A DNA stretch of 64,000 nucleotides from Pseudomonadota bacterium (GTDB taxonomy: Bacteria > Desulfobacterota > Desulfobacteria > Desulfobacterales > JBDRRP01). Numbering within the stretch: position 1 is the stretch's first letter; every line of letters begins with the position of its first letter. A model generated the notes under the pieces. That model ran no database searches. It was not told the DNA's origin and saw nothing but the letters and a program-made list of their open reading frames with translations. The DNA lies in assembly GCA_043825735.1 (NCBI GenBank), contig JBDRRP010000155.1, forward strand, positions 1 through 64,000, in the 5' to 3' direction. Made by a program: the position numbers and the translations under genes. Shown in pieces: positions 57,801-64,000 of this stretch.

Positions 57801-58895
57801 TCAATATCGGAAAGGCCATAGTTTAACGTATGATCTTGCGATGCGCCACCAATTGGCGATCCCTCGCGGCTCGAACATGAGAAAAAGCACAATGACAAGA
57901 CCGAAAGTCAGCGGCCTCAGGGCCGTGGTAAGATTGGTGGACGCCGTGAATATCTCTCCGGCACGCTCAGCGATGGTTTCCACCTGCAGGTCGAGATACC
58001 GGATGGCGGCCGGCCCCCAGAAACTGCCGTTCAGGGTACCCAACCCACCCACGATGGCCATGGCCAGGTAGGTGATAGATTGGTGCAGCGTAAACGACTC
58101 GATGCCAGCGCCTTTGAACAAATAGGCGTGAAGCGCCCCGGCAACACCGGCCAGGAAACCGGCCAGGGCAAAGGCGTAGACTTTGGTGAGCCCCGGGTGC
58201 ATCCCCATGGCGTCGGCCGCCCGGTCGTTGTCGCGCACGGCGATAAGGCTTCGACCGTAGCGGCTGCGCAGCAGGTTGCGTACGCCGAAACCGCAGATCA
58301 CTACCGATACCAGCGCCACGTAATACCAGAACTGGTAGTGTCGGGCCCGTGTAATTTCTCCGGTGAACCAGTAGACCCGACCGATATAGATGGTCTGGCC
58401 CTGATTGAAAAACCGCATCACCTGGATCGTCCATTCGAAGATCATCTGAAACGACAACGTGGCGATGGCCAGATACAAATGCTTCAATCGCAGCGCCGGC
58501 AGGCCCACAAACGCCCCGAAAACAGCCCCCATGAGGCCGGACAAAACGATCATCAGGGGCCATGCATGGGTAATCAGCACATGATTGTCGCCAAACAGGG
58601 TCGATACCGTGGCCAGGGTGTAGGCCCCCACCCCCACAAAAGCGGCGTGCCCGATGGAGATGAGTCCGGCAAAACCGGTAACCAGATTAAGCCCGATGAT
58701 GGCCACGACGGCGATGAGAATGTTGTCTAAAACCAGCATATACTTGTTGCTGAGTTCGAAAAAAAACGGCCAGACAAATAAAATGGTCAGAAACGCGGCG
58801 AATATCGATCGGTCCAGGTTGGTTGTGAATATCCGCTGCTCTTCCGTATATGTGGAGAAGAAATTGCCTGTGGTTAACCAACGATTCGCTGACAT
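57801..58895 (-). CDS. Liv-type ABC permease (LivM-like)
   Basis: GLNLVTGFAGLISIGHAAF..VGAY; AVRDN..AA..MG. Confidence 0.9.
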   Translation of the reverse strand: MSANRWLTTGNFFSTYTEEQRIFTTNLDRSIFAAFLTILFVWPFFFELSNKYMLVLDNILIAVVAIIGLNLVTGFAGLISIGHAAFVGVGAYTLATVSTLFGDNHVLITHAWPLMIVLSGLMGAVFGAFVGLPALRLKHLYLAIATLSFQMIFEWTIQVMRFFNQGQTIYIGRVYWFTGEITRARHYQFWYYVALVSVVICGFGVRNLLRSRYGRSLIAVRDNDRAADAMGMHPGLTKVYAFALAGFLAGVAGALHAYLFKGAGIESFTLHQSITYLAMAIVGGLGTLNGSFWGPAAIRYLDLQVETIAERAGEIFTASTNLTTALRPLTFGLVIVLFLMFEPRGIANWWRIARSYVKLWPFRY

Positions 58896-58898
58896 ACG

Positions 58899-59792
58899 TT
58901 ATACCCGTTCAATTTCGTGGGTTCCGAAGAGACCGTGGGGTTTGAACAGCAGGATCACCAGAAGGATAACATAGGGCAGCACGTTGGCCGTGCCGACGAG
59001 GCCCCAGTTCCCGTCAAGATAGCCGCTGGCCAGTTGCTGGATCAGCCCCATGATGATGCCTGCCACAACGGCGCCGATGATGCTGTCGAGCCCTCCGAGA
59101 ATGACCACGGGAAAGACCGTGATGCCGAATGCGTGAAGGGTATCGAAATTGAGGCCCGTGATGTTGCCGATAATTCCGCCGGCGGCCGCTGCGCTCAGAC
59201 CCGCCATGGCCCAGGCCAGTCCGAACACCCGGGGCACGGAAATGCCGATGGACATGGACGCAAACTGGTCATCGCTCACCGCCCGCATAGAGATGCCCAG
59301 GGTAGAGCGTTTGAAAAACCACGAAAACGCGCCAATAAGGATGGCCGTGACGATGACCCCCACCAACTGTGTCCACGAGATGGACACCCCGCCCAGCACC
59401 AGCGGCGTGGTGGGCAGAAACGGCGGAAACGACATGTTCACCGAACCGAACGGCGTCAGATAGATAATACCGTCCAGAATCGACATCAAGCCGATGGTGA
59501 CCATGATCACCGAAATGATGGGCTCGCCGATGAGACGGCGCAAGAAAATCCGCTCCACGCTCATGGCCAGAAAAAAAGTGATGATCATGCTCAGAAGAAA
59601 AGAGAGCACGATGGGAATGCCGACCCAGATGGTCAGGGCATAGGTGATGAAGCAGCCGCCTGCGATGATCTGCCCGTGGGCGATGTTGAGCACCCGGCTC
59701 GATTTGTAGATGAGCACAAAACCGAGGGCCGACAAGGCGTAGATCGAGCCAACGACGACGCCGCTAACGATGAGTTGAAAGAAATAGGTCAT
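58899..59792 (-). CDS. Liv-type ABC permease (LivH-like)
   Basis: GSIYALSALGFVLIYK....LNIAHG; VILGGLDS. Confidence 0.9.
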   Translation of the reverse strand: MTYFFQLIVSGVVVGSIYALSALGFVLIYKSSRVLNIAHGQIIAGGCFITYALTIWVGIPIVLSFLLSMIITFFLAMSVERIFLRRLIGEPIISVIMVTIGLMSILDGIIYLTPFGSVNMSFPPFLPTTPLVLGGVSISWTQLVGVIVTAILIGAFSWFFKRSTLGISMRAVSDDQFASMSIGISVPRVFGLAWAMAGLSAAAAGGIIGNITGLNFDTLHAFGITVFPVVILGGLDSIIGAVVAGIIMGLIQQLASGYLDGNWGLVGTANVLPYVILLVILLFKPHGLFGTHEIERV

Positions 59793-61726
59793 GACATGCG
59801 TTCCATGGTGTAAAAGGGCATCCGCATACTGACGGTGGCGGTCTGACCGTCCTGGTACTGAAAGACCGCCGCCACCTCTTTTTCCGTAACGCTCTCGTCG
59901 TAGAGCGCCTGGTACAATTCGTTGTACTTCTCCCGTACAAACTTTCGCCGGATTTTACCGGTCTTGGTCAACTCGCCGTCATCGGTATCGAGCATTTTGT
60001 ATAAAATGGCGAATCGATGGATGTAAAAATGGGCTTTTTCGATCGACTGGTTGAAATCGGCCACCTGCACTCGGATAAGATCGGCCACCTTCGGATTCAA
60101 CGACAGGTCCATAAACGTGGTGTAGGAGATCCCCCGGTCCTCGGCCCACTTACCCACGATAATCGGATCGACGTTGATGAGAGCCGCAACGTAGTCCCGC
60201 TGGTCCCCGAAGATCACGACCTCTTTGATATAGGGGCTGAACTTGAGCTTGTTTTCCAGAAACATGGGGCTGAACATGTCCCCCTGTCGGTTGTGCATCA
60301 CGTCGGAAATGCGGTCGATGACCACCAGATGGCCGTCGTCGTCGATGTAGCCGGCATCACCGGAGTGAAGCCATCCGTCTTTTTCCAGCAGTTCGTCTGT
60401 CTTGTCGGGCAGTTTGTAGTAGCCCGCGCACACCGACGGCGAGCGCGAGAGGATTTCGCCGGCTTCGGAAATGAGGCACTCGGTGCCCGGCAGCGGTTTT
60501 CCCACCGTGTCCGGTTTGATATCGCCATCAACGTGCATGTAGGCGATGCCGGTGATTTCCGTCTGGCCGTAGATCTGTTTGAGGTTGACCCCCATAGCCT
60601 GATAGAAGGTGAACAGATCTGGACCCAGCGCCGCCCCGCCGGTGTAAGCCCGCCGGAGTCTCAAAAACCCGATCTGGTTGATCTGGGGCCGGAAGACGAT
60701 CTGGGTGCCCAGCCAGGACAGCACTCCCAGCATGAAGGGCATGGACTTGCCGGACATCCGGTAGCGGGCGGCCTTTAAACCGATCTTCATGAAATAGGCA
60801 TGAATCATCCGGTTGAACCAGTAGCTGTCATCCATCTTGAGCCAGATCTGGGAGCGGATGGTCTCGTAAATGCGCGGCGCGCCGAAGACAAAGTGGGGCC
60901 CGATCTCTTTGAGATCGTCCATGGCGGTTTCAACCGATTCGGGGAAATTGATGGTGATCCCGGTGGCCATCGCCACACCAAAGGAATTCATCTGCTCGCC
61001 GATCCAGGCAAAGGGCAGAAAGCTCAGATACTCATCGGTGGGCTCCAGCGGGTCGACCTTGGTGATCTGCACCCCCATGTTGATGTAGTTGCGGTGGGTC
61101 ATCATGGCGCCCTTGGGCAGTCCCGTGGTGCCGGACGTCAGGCATAAAAAGCAGACGTCATCTGGCGCGCCCTCATCCACCATGCTTTCAAAGGCGGCGG
61201 GGTCCTTTTCCATGGCCGCTTCGCCCAGCCTGCACAGGTCCTTAAAATCCAAGAACCAGTCGTCAGAGCGGTAGCTGCGCATGCCGCGCGGATCCTCGTA
61301 GATCACCCGGGTGACACCCGGCACGCGGTCTCGAATTTCCAGCAGCTTATCCACCTGCTCCTGGTCTTCGCAGAACACGACGGTCACTTCCAGATACTCC
61401 AAAATCTGGGCGATCTCGTCAGGCAGGCTCGATTGGTATATACCGGCGCCGATACCGCCCACGGCCTGCGCCCCCACGGCGGTAAACAGCATCTCGGGAA
61501 TGTTATCGCTGATGAGGGCCAGCTTCATTCCCTTGCCAAAACCGATCGCCCCCAGCCCCATGCCCACCTTGCCCACGATGTCGTAGTATTCCTGCCAGGT
61601 GTAGCCGCGCCAGATGCCGAACTCCTTTTCCCGCAGCGCAACCCGCTGCGCGCTTTTTCCCACGCGCCAGCGAAGCAGTTGGGGGATGGTGAAATCCGTA
61701 AGCGTGATTGTGTCTTCCACGGTCAA
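59789..61726 (-). CDS. Long-chain acyl-CoA ligase-like AMP-binding protein inside the ABC operon
   Basis: LTSGTTGLPKG, FLPFAW, YGQTE, WLHSGD, GELTKTGK. Confidence 0.9.
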   Translation of the reverse strand: MTVEDTITLTDFTIPQLLRWRVGKSAQRVALREKEFGIWRGYTWQEYYDIVGKVGMGLGAIGFGKGMKLALISDNIPEMLFTAVGAQAVGGIGAGIYQSSLPDEIAQILEYLEVTVVFCEDQEQVDKLLEIRDRVPGVTRVIYEDPRGMRSYRSDDWFLDFKDLCRLGEAAMEKDPAAFESMVDEGAPDDVCFLCLTSGTTGLPKGAMMTHRNYINMGVQITKVDPLEPTDEYLSFLPFAWIGEQMNSFGVAMATGITINFPESVETAMDDLKEIGPHFVFGAPRIYETIRSQIWLKMDDSYWFNRMIHAYFMKIGLKAARYRMSGKSMPFMLGVLSWLGTQIVFRPQINQIGFLRLRRAYTGGAALGPDLFTFYQAMGVNLKQIYGQTEITGIAYMHVDGDIKPDTVGKPLPGTECLISEAGEILSRSPSVCAGYYKLPDKTDELLEKDGWLHSGDAGYIDDDGHLVVIDRISDVMHNRQGDMFSPMFLENKLKFSPYIKEVVIFGDQRDYVAALINVDPIIVGKWAEDRGISYTTFMDLSLNPKVADLIRVQVADFNQSIEKAHFYIHRFAILYKMLDTDDGELTKTGKIRRKFVREKYNELYQALYDESVTEKEVAAVFQYQDGQTATVSMRMPFYTMERMS

Positions 61727-62493
61727 TTGCTCTCTTCTTCTCCGATGTAGGCCTCAATGACCTTTCTGTTAGCGGCAATTTCCTTGGGCGTGCCCGAGCC
61801 GATCACCTCTCCGAAATCGAGCACGTACACCCGGTCGGAAATATCCATGACCACACCGAGGTCGTGCTCCACAAGCACAACCGTGATGTTGCGCTCCTTC
61901 TGGATATCGAGGATAAAGCGCACGATGTCTTCTTTTTCCTCGATGTTCATCCCGGCCATGGGTTCATCGAGCAGCAGCAGTTCCGGCCCCAGCGTCAGCG
62001 CGCGCGCCACTTCAATGCGCTTTTGCACGCCGTAGCTGAGGTTTCCCACAGTCTTTTTCCGATAGGGTTCCAGTTCCATGAAATCGATGACATCCTCCAC
62101 ATGTCCGCGATTCTCGGCTTCGATGCGCGAAGCCTTCCCGTAGTAGATGAGGGCGTGCAGGAAACTGTAGTTCAGATGACAGTGGCGGGCGAGCATCAGA
62201 TTGTCGAGCACGGTCATACCACGAAAAAGTTCAAGATTCTGAAACGCCCGGGCGATGCCGTACTTGGTGATTTTGTGGGGCGAGGCCTTGGTCAGCCGGT
62301 GCTCACCATAATGGATCTCGCCCTTTGTGGGATGATAGAAGCCCGAGATGCAATTGAGCAAACTGGTCTTTCCGGCCCCGTTGGGTCCGATCACCGAAGT
62401 GATCAGTCCGGGTTCGATGGCGATTTCGGCGTTGGTCAAGGCATTGAGCCCGCCGAAAGTGAGCGTGACATCGGAAACGTGTAACTGTCTCAT
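61723..62493 (-). CDS. Liv-type ABC transporter ATP-binding subunit (LivG-like)
   Basis: FGGL.A, GPNGAGKTS, LSYG.QK, LDEPMAG, VEHD. Confidence 0.92.
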   Translation of the reverse strand: MRQLHVSDVTLTFGGLNALTNAEIAIEPGLITSVIGPNGAGKTSLLNCISGFYHPTKGEIHYGEHRLTKASPHKITKYGIARAFQNLELFRGMTVLDNLMLARHCHLNYSFLHALIYYGKASRIEAENRGHVEDVIDFMELEPYRKKTVGNLSYGVQKRIEVARALTLGPELLLLDEPMAGMNIEEKEDIVRFILDIQKERNITVVLVEHDLGVVMDISDRVYVLDFGEVIGSGTPKEIAANRKVIEAYIGEEESN

Positions 62494-62990
62494 GAGGGCG
62501 GCGTCCTGTGGTGAAAAAGCAGCTGGCGCCTAGAGCGCCTGCCAGAGAATGAACGTAATTCATTTTTAAATTAAAGTTAACTGTTTAATCTCAGTTCACC
62601 TGTCAGCAGTCAAGGGAAATCACCGGCAGGGTTTTGTGACGAACCGCGGCGCCCACTATTAAATTATTAAGCGGTCGGCCGGAATCACGCTGTCGGCACA
62701 AAACGTGTGCCTGCGGACGCAAATCGCTCCCTGTGCCGGTACAACCGCGGACGCCACCCCAGGGGTAACGCGGCGCAGGGGGCAGTAACCCTGATATTTT
62801 CCGTTATATTAATATGTTATTCGTTTTTAGCGATTATTTAGGAGGCTGCTGTCATCAGGGCGGCGCACCAAGAGCCCGAACACTGGATCAATGGGTGCCG
62901 ACAGGGGCATCCGCGTTTAAAAAACCCTTCGCTCAGAAAATGGAGGGTCCGCACATGAAATAATAGCTGGATAATAGTGGGTAAATACCG

Positions 62991-63998
62991 CTACTCATCA
63001 AAGGACAGCAAGTGGGTGGCCAGGTTGACCTTTGTATTGAGCAACCCCAGCTTACGCCGGATATTATAGCGATGGAAAAGCACTGTATTTTTTGAAAGAT
63101 ACAGCAGGTCGGCAATTTCCTGACTGCTCCGGCCGGCCTTGATAAGGTTGGCCACCTTTATCTCCATCGGAGTGAGCCTGAAATGCTTGGCGGAAAGACG
63201 GCTGATGAAGGGCGAAACGATATTGTCCAGGTTACTCTCCAGGACATGCACCAGTGAGGCCTGCTCGGTACTCAGTCGGGCCTTTTTAAGCCGCCCCAGA
63301 TAAGGCGTCACTAACTCCCGCACATTGGACAGCAGATTATCTTCAAGCTCCCCCTTGTCGGACTCCCGTTGCTTGAGCAGCACCTTGAGAGCGGTGTTGA
63401 CCTCTTCCAGATGGCCGGACTGGGCCGCCAGCTCCGCCTTGCTGCGACGCTGAGCCTCCTCGGCCCGCCGGCGCTCCTCCACTTCGCGGGCCAGGCGCCG
63501 GTTGCTTTTTTCCAGCTCCGAAGTGCGGGCCTCCACGAGTTTCTCCAGCCGCTCATGGTATCGGTGGAGTTCGCGTTCGGCGCGCTTTCGGGCCGTAATG
63601 TCCCGAAGGATCACGATATTGCCGGCAGGTTTTCCGCTGTGATCGTCATAGAGCGTAGAGCTGATTTGCACATCCAGCACCTGACCGTCCCGAGTGAGGC
63701 GCCGGGTTTCGAAAAGCTGGATTTTTTTGCCGCTCAGCATGCGCTTGATGGCCTCCCGCGTCTCCGGCCAGTTTTCCTCGGGCACAAAATCGATGTTTCC
63801 GCCGAGCATCTCCTCCCGTCGCCATCCGAGTGTCTGCTCGAAGGCCGGATTCACATAAACCGCTTTTCCTTCAATATTGTAGACGACAATGGGATCCGGG
63901 GAATATTCCAGCAGGCTTCGATAGCGTTCTTCGCTTTCCCGCAGACTCTCCTCGGTGTGGCGGCGTTGGGCCAGCTCACGCCGGAGGTCTTCGTAGAG
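62991..63998 (-). CDS. PAS-domain LuxR-type HTH regulator, 5'-partial
   Basis: PAS (SPDPIVVY...NPAFE..GW), coiled coil, LTPMEIKVA...EIA..L.LS.NTV.FHRYNIRRKLG. Frame stays open to the window end. Confidence 0.88.
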   Translation of the reverse strand, partial: LYEDLRRELAQRRHTEESLRESEERYRSLLEYSPDPIVVYNIEGKAVYVNPAFEQTLGWRREEMLGGNIDFVPEENWPETREAIKRMLSGKKIQLFETRRLTRDGQVLDVQISSTLYDDHSGKPAGNIVILRDITARKRAERELHRYHERLEKLVEARTSELEKSNRRLAREVEERRRAEEAQRRSKAELAAQSGHLEEVNTALKVLLKQRESDKGELEDNLLSNVRELVTPYLGRLKKARLSTEQASLVHVLESNLDNIVSPFISRLSAKHFRLTPMEIKVANLIKAGRSSQEIADLLYLSKNTVLFHRYNIRRKLGLLNTKVNLATHLLSFDE

Positions 63999-64000
63999 CC

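Noticed and set aside
62690..62745. c-di-GMP-I riboswitch (GGACGCAAA)
   Set aside because: It lacks the upstream GGCAAA and GNRA-capped stem, and lies on the wrong strand for the liv-like operon.
1..64000. rRNA, tRNA, transposase, integrase, prophage or defence genes
   Set aside because: None recognised in the sequence or in the ORF track.

Overview
GC-rich bacterial chromosome segment whose gene content fits a sulfate-reducing Desulfobacterales-type deltaproteobacterium; the taxonomy is my inference. It holds about 50 CDS. These include fhs, a polyamine pair (pyruvoyl arginine decarboxylase and agmatinase), a DisA/DAC-domain gene, and a liu-like isovaleryl-CoA cluster lacking biotin carboxylase. 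There is also an expanded glucosylglycerate/mannosylglucosylglycerate cluster, an ActP-like symporter plus acyl-CoA synthetase operon next to a two-component system, an icmF-thiolase-hbd-acd operon, and a Liv-like ABC transporter with two CoA ligases. I found no rRNA, tRNA, CRISPR array or transposase. The most unusual signal is non-coding. Many intergenic gaps carry short inverted-repeat elements of several families, often nested inside one another. One is a bipolar array of about 10 hairpins, most with GNA triloops (8254-8485), which points to ssDNA-level recognition. All gene calls rest on motif recognition by eye; no database search was run.
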